Source: a virus
Direction: 5' to 3' (one strand)
IMG/VR virus record: IMGVR_UViG_3300023499_000220
Location: 113,645 to 177,644 of that record
Length of the DNA: 64,000 nt
Below are positions 9,610-19,208 of the stretch, piece after piece. Below the pieces are notes generated by a model. It saw only the letters and a program-made list of their open reading frames with translations. It had not been told where the DNA came from and made no database searches. A program made the position numbers and the translations under genes. Position 1 is the first letter of the stretch, and each line of letters begins with the position of its first letter.

Positions 9610-9766
9610 ATATCCTCCGTAATATATTATTTTTCTAAATAAAAAAGGCAGCTATTTTTTCAAAAATAGCTACCTTTAGTACATTGTGATTGGCGATAAT
9701 TCAATCATGCACGCCCATAAAACTCTGGTGCGATGCATTGTGTGATTTTATTTATCGGATAACTAT

Positions 9767-9794
9767 ATATTATTAACTTTGCAGCAATTTGCAA
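9767..9794 (-). promoter_or_regulatory. Family-A promoter copy 4 (TTGCAA-16-TAATAT)
   Basis: Plus-strand text atatta-ttaactttgcagcaat-ttgcaa. Confidence 0.6.
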
Positions 9795-9805
9795 GCGCAG
9801 CATAC

Positions 9806-9841
9806 AATAAAAAGCGCCTCCCGTATTACGGGGAAGCGCCT
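9806..9841 (-). terminator. rho-independent terminator downstream of 9851..10450
   Basis: Minus-strand RNA GCGCUUCCC-loop-GGGAGGCGC followed by UUUUUAUU. Confidence 0.5.
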
Positions 9842-9850
9842 TAGTGTTAT

Positions 9851-10450
9851 TTATTCTTTGTTATCCGAAGGAATTTTCGGAGACTTCTTCTTCTCAACGA
9901 AAGCATCAATCGTTCGGCCGAAACGATTAAGAAGCATTGCGCCAAGATAAAGAATGATGCCGCTAATCATGATACCAACATCAAGCGTCTCAAATCCTGC
10001 AAAACTCTTGCAATAAATAGAACTGACTGCGAGAGCGCCAAGCGTTGGCAGCGAAGCAATCGTTACCGTAAGTGCCGCATACACAACACTATTCAGAACA
10101 GTACCAATACTTGCAATGATGCCGCGCTTTTTAAAAGTGCGCTGCTTATCGTAGGACATCTGATAAGCCCCGATAAGACTTGGTTCACGAATAATGTCGC
10201 GCAGATGCAGCAGGCACCACGCCAAAACAGCACACCCGATGCCGCAGCCGACCTTATAGGCACTCATGCGAGAACCCCACAGGTCATTTGCGTTGGCGGG
10301 AACGACGAACGCCAGAATATTGAACAGGACGGCAAACAAGACGAACATTGCCATGTGGGGATTCTTGGCAGTGTTGCGAGCCTCGTTCTTTGCCTTACTG
10401 GCGACTTCCTCGGTCTGATTGTGAATTTTTACATTGAGAATTTTTTCCAT
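9851..10450 (-). CDS. integral membrane protein (199 aa)
   Basis: Several hydrophobic helices. No signal peptidase site. Confidence 0.45.
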   Translation of the reverse strand: MEKILNVKIHNQTEEVASKAKNEARNTAKNPHMAMFVLFAVLFNILAFVVPANANDLWGSRMSAYKVGCGIGCAVLAWCLLHLRDIIREPSLIGAYQMSYDKQRTFKKRGIIASIGTVLNSVVYAALTVTIASLPTLGALAVSSIYCKSFAGFETLDVGIMISGIILYLGAMLLNRFGRTIDAFVEKKKSPKIPSDNKE

Positions 10451-10494
10451 TTTTTACCTTTCCTTTCGTGTGGACGATTTAGTTGTAAATCGTT

Positions 10495-10827
10495 TTAATC
10501 TCTGTGATAGCGCTGCATCATACCGAACATAGCCGCAAGCGCCAATGCAAGGTAGATGTAAGTGTATCCCTTTTCAATCATGTTCAGAATCACGATGGTA
10601 AAGCTCGAAAAAGCACCACAATAAAAAGCGGCACCAAGTTTATCGACCAAAAACATCAACATCTGGGCAACGACTGCCGCAGGAACAAGAAGCTTGAGAC
10701 GCTTGGCCTCAATGATTCCGTCCCAGTCAAGAACAGCAATGAAGCTGGCTCCCATGCAGATGACCCAAACAAAAGCGAAAATAAGGGTTGCTGTGTCAAA
10801 AAAGTTACTCATATCAGTTACCTCCAA
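10495..10827 (-). CDS. small polytopic membrane protein, paralogue 1 (110 aa)
   Basis: Shares about 45% identity with the adjacent ORF 10868..11197, with the same length and hydropathy profile and an identical 3' end (tctgtgatagcgc). Tandem duplication. Confidence 0.5.
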   Translation of the reverse strand: MEVTDMSNFFDTATLIFAFVWVICMGASFIAVLDWDGIIEAKRLKLLVPAAVVAQMLMFLVDKLGAAFYCGAFSSFTIVILNMIEKGYTYIYLALALAAMFGMMQRYHRD

Positions 10828-10867
10828 AATTACTGATGGTTTACGGGTTTATGGACATCGAATCGCA

Positions 10868-11197
10868 TTATCTGTGATAGCGCTTTGTCATGCCAAACAT
10901 AGCTGCAATCATAATCGCCAAATATGCGTACAAATACAAGTTCTCAATCATTCCAAGAACTGAAATTGTAAGACTGGCGAACATACCGCAATACAGAACA
11001 GCACCAATTTTTTTGATGATGAACAGCGTGGCTTGCGCAATGATGGCGACAACGAGAAAAACTTTGATGTATTTAGCCTCAAATAAACCATCCCAATCGA
11101 TGGCAAGGAAGATACAAGCCCCCACAGCGAGAGCCCAAACCAAAGCAGCAACAGATGCAACAGCGTCAAAGAAGCTTAACATAGCGAATACCTCCAT
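10868..11197 (-). CDS. small polytopic membrane protein, paralogue 2 (109 aa)
   Basis: See paralogue 1. Lies directly downstream of family-A promoter copy 5. Confidence 0.5.
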   Translation of the reverse strand: MEVFAMLSFFDAVASVAALVWALAVGACIFLAIDWDGLFEAKYIKVFLVVAIIAQATLFIIKKIGAVLYCGMFASLTISVLGMIENLYLYAYLAIMIAAMFGMTKRYHR

Positions 11198-11324
11198 GTT
11201 TTAAATAGGTTAATGTTCGGACATCTATATAAACAGCAAAAAGCCGCCAATGGGACAATCCACTGGCGGCTCAGTTGCCGATTGCAATAATACAGTTAAA
11301 TCATTTGATTTATGTTATGTCTCA

Positions 11325-11352
11325 ATTATATTAACTTCGCAGCATAATGCAA
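11325..11352 (-). promoter_or_regulatory. Family-A promoter copy 5 (TTGCAT-16-TATAAT)
   Basis: Plus-strand text attata-ttaacttcgcagcata-atgcaa. Confidence 0.55.
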
Positions 11353-11360
11353 GAGCTTTT

Positions 11361-12332
11361 TCAGAAGACTTCGTCAAGTTTTGCACATACAATAAAACGA
11401 GTATCGTAATTATCACTGCCTGAACAGGTGGACAAAATCAAAACCTTATCATTCAATCCAACTTCTGTGGCGTACTGATTGTAAGAGTAAGCTTTCATAC
11501 TTGCAATCTCTGTCAGAAAATACGAATCATCCGGATTCGCAATGGTATAACTTGGGTCAATAGGATAATCGGCAACGGCAAAGATTTTCCATCGTGTCTG
11601 TTGTTCACCCAAAGTAAGATAAATATACCGATGTTCCTTTGCAAAGTTGACATCGCGAAAGTATTTCAAAACACTGAATTTCTTGTGCATACTATTTCCG
11701 TTGCTATGTCCAAAAATAACAGTTACTCTGTACATATCGTCAACATTGCTGACATTCCATTCGGAGGGAACAAAATAAGCGCCCCAGATACTTTCCCTAT
11801 CGAACTCATTGTGAGTCAGGTAATAATCATCGTCTGTGGGATGCTGCAAAATGGGCTCATCTGTAACATCAACGCCGGGAACAGTTAAGTAACCAACGGT
11901 GTTCTTGGAATACGCTGGCTTTGGTGTTGGTTCCGGTTCTGAATCACTCTCACTTGAATTAGAAGACGGGATAAGAATCGAGGGAGTAGAAACGGGTTCT
12001 TCTACATCGTCGGAGATGTTTCCTGTCTCATATGCAGGGATATGATAGTAATCATACGCCTTCCATCCAATATAGCCAATCATGGCAATAAGAACGATGC
12101 AAATTACGACCAACAAAACTGTCCAGATGGAAAATCGCCGTTTCTCTTTGCCCTCTGACACGTCCATCGCATCCATCGATTCATTGTCATCCTCGTCATG
12201 GCTTGCCTTTTGATGAGGGAAGTTTTCACCAGTTCCATCATCCTCATCATTTGGAATGTAATTGTACGCACCAAGTTCCTGTTCGAAATGTTCTTCTTCG
12301 GGCAGTGGTGGAATAATAGGTGTTTTTGCCAT
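11361..12332 (-). CDS. srtB: class B sortase (323 aa)
   Basis: N-terminal membrane anchor. SrtB-type VGYLTVPGVDV motif. Catalytic triad: His in IFGHSNG, Cys in LILSTCS, Arg in YDTRFIV. Confidence 0.75.
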   Translation of the reverse strand: MAKTPIIPPLPEEEHFEQELGAYNYIPNDEDDGTGENFPHQKASHDEDDNESMDAMDVSEGKEKRRFSIWTVLLVVICIVLIAMIGYIGWKAYDYYHIPAYETGNISDDVEEPVSTPSILIPSSNSSESDSEPEPTPKPAYSKNTVGYLTVPGVDVTDEPILQHPTDDDYYLTHNEFDRESIWGAYFVPSEWNVSNVDDMYRVTVIFGHSNGNSMHKKFSVLKYFRDVNFAKEHRYIYLTLGEQQTRWKIFAVADYPIDPSYTIANPDDSYFLTEIASMKAYSYNQYATEVGLNDKVLILSTCSGSDNYDTRFIVCAKLDEVF

Positions 12333-12343
12333 AATACATCACC

Positions 12344-13507
12344 TTACTCAGCTGCGGCAGACCGCTCGTACACATCAATGCAGTAGTTGCCCATAATCTT
12401 GTTGTACATGCACTCCTGTGCCAAAGGACCTGCCCCATAGGTATCAACGGCGTTATCGTAGTTACCGCCAATATAAGCTTTCACTTCATCGACAGACGGT
12501 TTATAGTCCTGTTCCTCTGCCAGATACTGCGCAACAAGGCTCAGTAAAACATTTTCTTCCGTCTGACTACGAAGACTTTCTGAATACTCCTCCGAGGTCT
12601 TATAATTGCTGTATGTCTGAACGAATGTCTCCAAGTCCATATTGTAGGCAGTTGCTTCGTTTTCGACATACTTCAAGTTGGTTTCAAGACTCAGGTTGAC
12701 AAGGTCTGTCGTATCCTTTTTGAGTTTTACATTGTCAATGAAATACTGTTCAATCTCATTCTGAATCTTATTCATACGAAGATTCTCTTCAACATATTCA
12801 CGAAGCAGGTCTACTGTAGTTACAGCAGTGCCGTCTTGCAGCTTGTAGCCACTCATGATACCGGCAACATCAGCATCTGTCATGCTATATTGAGAAATCT
12901 TATTAAGCGTTACATGGAAAACAGCTTCCTTGTTGGCGAGCTCGATAGTCTGCTCGCCTGTAGTTCTATCTGTTGTACTGCTATATCCATCAGGGAATGT
13001 TACCGTAACATCAAACGAATCCCCCGTGTTATGCCCGACGATTTGCTCTTCAAATCCGTCAATAAAGGTATTGGAACCGAGTTCCAAATCGTAGTCTTCT
13101 GTTGTTCCACCGGTAAAAGCAACACCATCAACCGTACCCTCATAGTCAATGTTCACAACATCACCTTCCTGTGCGGCGCGGTCTGTTACCTCTGTCGTCA
13201 GCTTGTAATTGGACTGAAAATAATCCAACTCGCTTTGAATCTCCTCGTCTGTAACGGCGTATACATCTTTGCTGACCGTATACTTCTTATAATCCTTGGG
13301 CATCTTTATGTATTTGGACGCAGTCACATCACGAAAATACCCGTCATCATCAAGACCGAGGTCATACTCAACAGCGGAAGCTGTTTCGGAGGTGGCTGTT
13401 TCCGCAGTCTCAGATGCACTTGTATCGGCCGTATCTTTACTGCACGCGGTCAATGCAATACATGCGGCACTGATGACTGCCAAAATCTCTTTTGCATTTT
13501 TTTTCAT
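12344..13507 (-). CDS. secreted lipoprotein with trigger-factor-like FKBP-type PPIase domain (387 aa)
   Basis: Signal peptide plus lipobox ALTAC. The stretch GDVVNIDYEGTVDGVAFTGGTTEDYDLELGSNTFIDGFEEQIVGH closely follows the trigger-factor PPIase-domain consensus. Confidence 0.65.
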   Translation of the reverse strand: MKKNAKEILAVISAACIALTACSKDTADTSASETAETATSETASAVEYDLGLDDDGYFRDVTASKYIKMPKDYKKYTVSKDVYAVTDEEIQSELDYFQSNYKLTTEVTDRAAQEGDVVNIDYEGTVDGVAFTGGTTEDYDLELGSNTFIDGFEEQIVGHNTGDSFDVTVTFPDGYSSTTDRTTGEQTIELANKEAVFHVTLNKISQYSMTDADVAGIMSGYKLQDGTAVTTVDLLREYVEENLRMNKIQNEIEQYFIDNVKLKKDTTDLVNLSLETNLKYVENEATAYNMDLETFVQTYSNYKTSEEYSESLRSQTEENVLLSLVAQYLAEEQDYKPSVDEVKAYIGGNYDNAVDTYGAGPLAQECMYNKIMGNYCIDVYERSAAAE

Positions 13508-13565
13508 AAAAAAACTCCTTTATAAAAAAGACCCCGGCAGACAGGTTGCCTACCGGGGCAGTATT

Positions 13566-13817
13566 TTAAACGAACAGGAACGGAACGTGAAGCAACAGAG
13601 CGTATGCCGCATCCATAATGCCAATAATAACGGCGGATACAGCACTCACAACAAGAACTGCTCCGGTTCGATGGAGCGTGTTGTGCATACTCGGCCAAGT
13701 CACATTTTTGGGTGCAACCAAATTGTGAAGCTTCTTAGGCGTGCTCTTGACGAAAGAAGGAATTGCCTTCACGAAATTCGCAATAGCCGTTCCTACCTTT
13801 TTCAGTTTATCTTTCAT
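13566..13817 (-). CDS. secE: SecE-like translocon subunit (about 84 aa from MKDKLKK; ORF extends to 13883)
   Basis: KNVTWPSMHNTLHRTGAVLVVSAVSAVIIGIMD matches the SecE consensus (KKVsWPtrkE..t..Vi...i...lD) with a single C-terminal TM segment. Its start overlaps the SecG stop by 4 nt. Confidence 0.65.
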   Translation of the reverse strand: MKDKLKKVGTAIANFVKAIPSFVKSTPKKLHNLVAPKNVTWPSMHNTLHRTGAVLVVSAVSAVIIGIMDAAYALLLHVPFLFV

Positions 13818-14068
13818 GCCGCACCTCCTACTCCGGTTACTACGAACATGATGATTGCAATAACAAGCAGAATAGCTGTACATACAGCAACCAGTTTATT
13901 TGCGGACGTTTTCGTGCTGTCTTTAGCACTCGAGCGCATTGTATCACTGATTCCGGTGATAACACTAAGACTGTTCTTGTCGGCCTTATCCATGGAAAGC
14001 GTAACCGCACAAACCAGAACAGAAACCAACAGAATCAAGATGCACAGAATGATTTCATAAATTGCCAT
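13814..14068 (-). CDS. secG: SecG-like translocon subunit (84 aa)
   Basis: Two TM helices flank a loop LSMDKADKNSLSVITG, comparable to the SecG LQssKsaGLSGAisGG loop. Immediately follows secY. Confidence 0.55.
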   Translation of the reverse strand: MAIYEIILCILILLVSVLVCAVTLSMDKADKNSLSVITGISDTMRSSAKDSTKTSANKLVAVCTAILLVIAIIMFVVTGVGGAA

Positions 14069-14083
14069 TGTGTTGCCCTCCCG

Positions 14084-15424
14084 TCAATTCAAGAAACCCT
14101 TGTGATGGCGAACCACCAAATGGCTGTTAAGAGAATCGATAACTTCAAGCGTAACACCTGTGACAATCAACAGACTGGTACCGCCAAAGTGCATGTTCAG
14201 ACCTGTAACCGCAGTTGCCAAGATAGGCACACATGCAATAACCGAAAGAACAAATGCTCCCGAACCGGCGAGAGAATGGCAAGCATTGCGCAGATAATCA
14301 CTGGTAGCTTTGCCTGCTCGAATACCGGGGATACTGCCGCCGTTCTTGCGCAGGTTGTTTGCCATTTCGATGGGGTCGAATGTGATGTCGATGTAGAATA
14401 AGTTGAATGCGAAAATCAGGGCTACATACGCAACATCATAAATCCAATTCCGCGAATTCCAAGATGCCAGCGCCATATACAGGCTGGGGTGCTTGTTGTA
14501 ATCGAGGAACATCGTCACGAGAGACGGCATACTGCAAATGGTGGACGAGAAAATAATAGGCATAACACCCGACATAATCAGTTTGATGGGGATATAACTG
14601 GACTGACCAGTGGATGCTTTGTTCCCTACATTTTTACCGGCATACTGAACAGGAACGCGGCGCTCTGCATCGCTTGCGAAAACGACATAGAAGGTGGCCG
14701 CCAAAACAAAGAGGATGACGCCGGGAATCATCAGATAATACCACCATCCATTTTCTTTGCCCATTGCAATAGAGTTCTGGAACAACGAGATGACAGCATC
14801 CCATCTGGAAATGATACCGGTAAAGATGATAAGGGAAATACCGTTGCCAATACCTTTTTCGTCAATCAGCCATCCAAGCCAGATGACGATTTGAGAACCA
14901 GCAGTCAGAATGGCAATAACAGTAATGGCTTCCACGACCTGCGAAATGCCGGAAGTGTATTTCATCGCACCGTAGTTCTTCATAATAAAGAAGTACCCGA
15001 TAGCTGTTACGACCGCCAAACTACAACCAACATACTGCGTGATTTTATTGATTTGCTTCTGCCCGCCGATGTCCTTGCTGATTTCTTCCAGTTTCGGAAT
15101 CGCAACAGTCAAAAGCTGGATAATGATGCTTGCGTTGATGTATGCAGATACGCCAATCGCAAATACCGCACACTGAGAAAGTGCGCCACCGGAAACCAGA
15201 TTGTAATAATCCAGTACAGAGGTGCTTCCGAACATAGTCTGAAGCGCAGCGGTGTTTACGAACGGAATCGTAATACCGCAACCCAGACGATAAATCAGAA
15301 GACAAAGGATGGTGAAGAGAATCTTGTTGCGAACATCATCCACCATCAGCTTCTGAAAGATGGTGCTGTTCGAATAAGACTTTTTGAGTTTCGGCTTTTT
15401 CGCCGGATTTTTAATGTTGTCCAA
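14084..15424 (-). CDS. secY: SecY paralogue (accessory preprotein translocase channel, 446 aa, TTG start)
   Basis: Clear SecY signatures: ASIIIQLLTV, GIGNGISLIIF, PGIRAGKAT, FGGTSLLIV. Not part of an rplO-secY-adk operon. Confidence 0.9.
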   Translation of the reverse strand: MDNIKNPAKKPKLKKSYSNSTIFQKLMVDDVRNKILFTILCLLIYRLGCGITIPFVNTAALQTMFGSTSVLDYYNLVSGGALSQCAVFAIGVSAYINASIIIQLLTVAIPKLEEISKDIGGQKQINKITQYVGCSLAVVTAIGYFFIMKNYGAMKYTSGISQVVEAITVIAILTAGSQIVIWLGWLIDEKGIGNGISLIIFTGIISRWDAVISLFQNSIAMGKENGWWYYLMIPGVILFVLAATFYVVFASDAERRVPVQYAGKNVGNKASTGQSSYIPIKLIMSGVMPIIFSSTICSMPSLVTMFLDYNKHPSLYMALASWNSRNWIYDVAYVALIFAFNLFYIDITFDPIEMANNLRKNGGSIPGIRAGKATSDYLRNACHSLAGSGAFVLSVIACVPILATAVTGLNMHFGGTSLLIVTGVTLEVIDSLNSHLVVRHHKGFLN

Positions 15425-15448
15425 TGCTTACTCCTTCCGCGACTGAGA

Positions 15449-15724
15449 TTATCGAGCAAAGAAAGCAACGATGATTCGCATCAGAAAGGCTACAACGGCC
15501 AACTTCGTTGCAAGCCACATGAACCAATCGAGTTTGTCGATACCTTCGTCGAATACATTTGTTGCGGCAGCATCTTTTTTGTTACTGTCGCAATCCCCGT
15601 CAACATGGTTTTTTTTGATTTTGTTGCGATTAAGCACAAACAAAGTTCGAAACAAAGCCCATGTTGCAATACAGAATCCGTATACGATTAGAAGCTCGAT
15701 ACAGAAACTGTGCAAAGACGACAT
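15449..15724 (-). CDS. small two-TM membrane protein (91 aa)
   Basis: Two hydrophobic helices. First gene upstream of secY in the same orientation. Confidence 0.4.
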   Translation of the reverse strand: MSSLHSFCIELLIVYGFCIATWALFRTLFVLNRNKIKKNHVDGDCDSNKKDAAATNVFDEGIDKLDWFMWLATKLAVVAFLMRIIVAFFAR

Positions 15725-16401
15725 TAAGCGGATGCGCCGTTGGCGTCAGGAGTCGTATTGGAGGCGGTCTCGGCAACGGTCTCTACCGGAGTTTCCGTGA
15801 CAGTCTCTGCGGAAGAAGTAATATCCCCAGTGATTGCGGGGACATTGGCATCTTCTGCGACCGACTCATTGATGGGCGCTTCAATAACCGCATCCTTGAC
15901 TCCATCAGCAGTCACTTTCTTTGCTGCGATTTTTGCGAAGTGCTCATTGCGCTTTTCACGGCAAGCCTTGCAGCGGGTGGGGAGCTTGTAGTCATGGACG
16001 ACATACCAGTACAGCTCGCGATTGGTAAACTGCAGCTTCTGACCGCAATCTGCGCAAGTGTCTTCCAGACCGATGTTATCCAGTCCGCGCTTCACGAAGT
16101 CGCGATGAATCTTGCGGCATTCCGGGCAGTGGTTCGGCAGAGAATAACCGTGGCTCTCGAAGAAATCGCGGTCACGATTGGTGATGTCGAATTCATGACC
16201 GCAGTCAACGCACTTGCGGGTCTCAAACACCTCATTGCTCTTTGCATCAGCTTCCTTGCGAGCTTCATCCTCTGCGCGGCGCTTTGCGAAATCGTCACGC
16301 ATACGACACTCGCGGCACAGCACCTCGCTCTCATTGGCGGTGCTGAACGGCTTGTTGCACTTCTCACAGGTCTTGCGGAATTTCTTTGCTGCATCTTTCA
16401 T
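15724..16401 (-). CDS. triple zinc-ribbon repeat protein (225 aa)
   Basis: Three CxxC-(n)-CxxC units: CEKCN...CRECR, CVDCG...CPECR, CADCG...CKACR. Confidence 0.5.
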   Translation of the reverse strand: MKDAAKKFRKTCEKCNKPFSTANESEVLCRECRMRDDFAKRRAEDEARKEADAKSNEVFETRKCVDCGHEFDITNRDRDFFESHGYSLPNHCPECRKIHRDFVKRGLDNIGLEDTCADCGQKLQFTNRELYWYVVHDYKLPTRCKACREKRNEHFAKIAAKKVTADGVKDAVIEAPINESVAEDANVPAITGDITSSAETVTETPVETVAETASNTTPDANGASA

Positions 16402-16445
16402 GGTTTAAGTCTCCTTTATGGTAAAAAAATTAAAATAATGATTGA

Positions 16446-16961
16446 TTAGGCGTTGGGACCAGAAAAAGAATCAATAATTTCATCAACGTGGACGTTCAAG
16501 TCGGACTTGTCATCATCTTTCTTGGCGGGCTGTTTTACAGGAACAACGATATCAGGCTCATTCTTCTTTTTCTCCGCCGCCTTTTCTTCAACAGGCTTCT
16601 CTGCGGATTCATCCTTGGCCTCAGTGACCTCGGACGCACTATCGGAATCCACCTTGCCGGATTCATCCTTACCGGCATCAGGATTCGCCTCGGTTGCCTT
16701 ATCAGTATCCTTTTTCGTCTCATCATGCTTGCGTTCTACGCGGATGACATGAACGGCAGCCACGGGCGCGTGATGAATGTCATCGATGCGCTCATCACAA
16801 CCGCAGCACTCATCACAGTCATCACAATCGTCGTCATCATAAAGATAACCGTCATCCTCCAACTCTTTGATGACCTCGTTCTTCACATACTTGGTCGTGA
16901 GTTTCAGGGCAACGGCTGCAACAGTGGCGGCACCAATAACGGACAGAATGTTCTTCTTCAT
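16446..16961 (-). CDS. membrane-anchored acidic Cys/Asp-cluster protein (171 aa)
   Basis: N-terminal signal anchor. DDDDCDDCDECCGCDE cluster. Lys/Glu-rich tail. Lies downstream of family-B promoter copy 1. Confidence 0.45.
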   Translation of the reverse strand: MKKNILSVIGAATVAAVALKLTTKYVKNEVIKELEDDGYLYDDDDCDDCDECCGCDERIDDIHHAPVAAVHVIRVERKHDETKKDTDKATEANPDAGKDESGKVDSDSASEVTEAKDESAEKPVEEKAAEKKKNEPDIVVPVKQPAKKDDDKSDLNVHVDEIIDSFSGPNA

Positions 16962-17008
16962 AAATTTCTCCTTTGACTAAAAAGCAATGTTTCGCTTGGA
17001 ATATTTAT

Positions 17009-17037
17009 ATTATACCACATAAATATAATGTGGTCAA
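17009..17037 (-). promoter_or_regulatory. Family-B promoter copy 1 (TTGACC-17-TGGTATAAT)
   Basis: Plus-strand text attataccacataaatataatgtggtcaa. Probable promoter of the operon running from 16961 down through secYGE and srtB. Confidence 0.55.
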
Positions 17038-17098
17038 TACAAATTGCGAATAAAAAAATGCCCCGCCGAAGCAGGGCATGTGAAATATCAGAAGTGCC

Positions 17099-17809
17099 TT
17101 ATCGAATGCCGTACCCCATATCTTGTCGTACGAGTTTTATTTCTGAAGTGTTTTTCAGACTATCGGGGAACATTTCTTTAGCGTAATCCTGATAGCGTTT
17201 CGTAACATACTTTACGCCGAGTTCTTCCGGTTTGATATCTGCTACAGTTTTTCTGATACGTTGATTCGATGCGCGAGAAGAACATTTCTTGCATAAGCAA
17301 AGCGCGACATTAGAAATGCCTTCATTCCCGCAGACGGCGCATTTTGCATGCGTCTTATCTCTGTCCCATTCCTTTATTTCTTTTCCGTTTTCCGGGTCTA
17401 TTACAAGGCGGTTGCGCTTACAGCGGCGCACATAGAACACGCTTTGGCAGCAGGCAACGCATAAGCCTAAATCTTTGCGGTAGTGAGAAGAGAGACCATC
17501 TGTGACTTCACCGCACAAAAGGCATTTATTTTGAGAAACAATATTCTTGTACTTATTAGCCTTGTTCTCTAATAGTTTTTTTATGATTTCGCCGGTCTTA
17601 TCGGGTTCAGGAGGATACGCATCCCATCCGTTTACAGGAAAAAAGCTGGAAAAGTCGTTCCATTCATCATCAGAAAACGAACAGCCGACAGGCTTGAGTA
17701 TCTTAGGAAGTTTATTGGACCATACTTTTTCTGCATTAGACTTCTTCGGCATACAGGCTCCTCCTTTGGAAGGAGTGACAGAATCAATATTCTGCCACGA
17801 TGTTATCAT
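17099..17809 (-). CDS. Cys-rich zinc-ribbon protein (236 aa; start possibly MPKKSN at about 17752)
   Basis: Multiple CxxC pairs: CLLCG, CVACC, CAVCG, CKKCS. Confidence 0.45.
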   Translation of the reverse strand: MITSWQNIDSVTPSKGGACMPKKSNAEKVWSNKLPKILKPVGCSFSDDEWNDFSSFFPVNGWDAYPPEPDKTGEIIKKLLENKANKYKNIVSQNKCLLCGEVTDGLSSHYRKDLGLCVACCQSVFYVRRCKRNRLVIDPENGKEIKEWDRDKTHAKCAVCGNEGISNVALCLCKKCSSRASNQRIRKTVADIKPEELGVKYVTKRYQDYAKEMFPDSLKNTSEIKLVRQDMGYGIR

Positions 17810-19208
17810 CGGGTTTTTTCTTTATTAAAGAGTCCCCGAATCGATTTACATGTTCTTTCGGCGGTTCAATGACCTCGATATCGGTATCCTCCACCTTTTC
17901 GATTTCGTCAGAGGAATCGTCATCTTTTTCGTTCTGAACCTTATCCGATGGATTGGTGATTTGTGCATCCTCTTTTGCAACATTTGAAAGCAAATCAAAT
18001 GTCAACTGAGAATTCGAGGACGCTGGTTTCTTTTCTCTTTTCTTGGTTGTTTGGCGTTTTTTGGAAGTTCTTTTTGACTTTACAGGTTCATTGGAACCAC
18101 CATCGTTTGTTTTTGCACTTGCTGTGTTTGAATCAACAACCGCATCCGCTGAAGCCTTATCCTTGTTTGTTTCTGTGACGGGTTCCTGAACCTTTTTGTT
18201 TTTTGATAAATCATCTTTGTCTGATTGTTTTGATTCCAAAGCAGAAGACTCTTGTGCGTTTGAGCCTTGCTCTTCTTGCACTACAGATTCTTCCTTTACT
18301 GGAACCTTGGCAGTTCCCTTCTGCAAAAGGCCATCGATTGCTACAACGGCCTCAGACTTCTTTTCTTCGGACTCCGCCTTTTGTACTGCACGGCGAATCG
18401 CCTCAGTTTTTTCTTTCTTTTCTTTTTCTGCTGATGCGGTATTTTCGCTTTCCTTTATCTCAGCAGGCACATTCATGGCAGATTTCGAATTCCACCACTT
18501 CTCAATAGTAGTAATCGTTCTTTCTACTAATATTATACCACAAAATTTGTGGTTTGACAACTTGCGGCTCGGCACAAAGCATACAATACCGCACAGAGAA
18601 ACAACCAGTAAAACAATAGCAAGTCCTGCATCAAAAATAAAACAGATAAACGACACCGGAATCAGCAGCTCGCAGATACCGCGCATGATAAATACTGTTT
18701 TATCTCCTTGGTCTTTTCGGTTTTGCATAAAACTGTCTCTCCCCTTCTGCGGGTGATAAGACAAACCACTTGACAAGCCGTTTGTTGCCCAATCACAAGG
18801 TATCTCGTAAGTCTTTTCTCCTAAGCTGTCTGTGTACTGAATTACAGCAATATCAAAATATTCACCATTCTTCTGTGATGCCAAGAATGCACGTAAGAAT
18901 TCATTTCCAACAGACCGCGCAGGAACAATAATCGTTTCGATGCCGTCAGAATCTTTTGCGGCGATATCTACTACATAGGTATCATCTTCACCGCGCCATA
19001 CGTTCTGCACAATACCGCGCACCAATATACCGCGCTTATGAACACGCCTTCCCATAAAAGTAAAGGAGTTTTCAGAATACCACGTGTTTACCATGCAATA
19101 CGCAGCAATAATAAGCAATGTAAGGTACTTAACATTTATGGTGATAATGCTTAAAGAAAAAATATACGGAACGAGCATCAGCAAGACGAATGATACAAAG
19201 CTATTCAC
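17784..19208 (-). CDS. membrane protein with disordered Lys/Glu/Ser-rich C-terminal region (474 aa)
   Basis: Two N-terminal TM segments and internal TM segments. Low-complexity tail. Confidence 0.45.
   Translation of the reverse strand: MNSFVSFVLLMLVPYIFSLSIITINVKYLTLLIIAAYCMVNTWYSENSFTFMGRRVHKRGILVRGIVQNVWRGEDDTYVVDIAAKDSDGIETIIVPARSVGNEFLRAFLASQKNGEYFDIAVIQYTDSLGEKTYEIPCDWATNGLSSGLSYHPQKGRDSFMQNRKDQGDKTVFIMRGICELLIPVSFICFIFDAGLAIVLLVVSLCGIVCFVPSRKLSNHKFCGIILVERTITTIEKWWNSKSAMNVPAEIKESENTASAEKEKKEKTEAIRRAVQKAESEEKKSEAVVAIDGLLQKGTAKVPVKEESVVQEEQGSNAQESSALESKQSDKDDLSKNKKVQEPVTETNKDKASADAVVDSNTASAKTNDGGSNEPVKSKRTSKKRQTTKKREKKPASSNSQLTFDLLSNVAKEDAQITNPSDKVQNEKDDDSSDEIEKVEDTDIEVIEPPKEHVNRFGDSLIKKKPDDNIVAEY

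Noticed and set aside
12836-14060. Plus-strand ORFs of 229 and 254 aa across the lipoprotein, secE and secG region.
   Set aside because: They are antisense to genes with strong homology-type evidence (trigger-factor PPIase motif, SecE, SecG). Their translations are Cys/Ile-rich junk.
15661-16449. 262-aa plus-strand ORF overlapping the zinc-ribbon gene.
   Set aside because: It is fully antisense to a minus-strand ORF with three clean CxxC zinc-ribbon units, and its translation is Ala/Leu/Cys-rich without features. It has no plausible promoter or ribosome-binding site.
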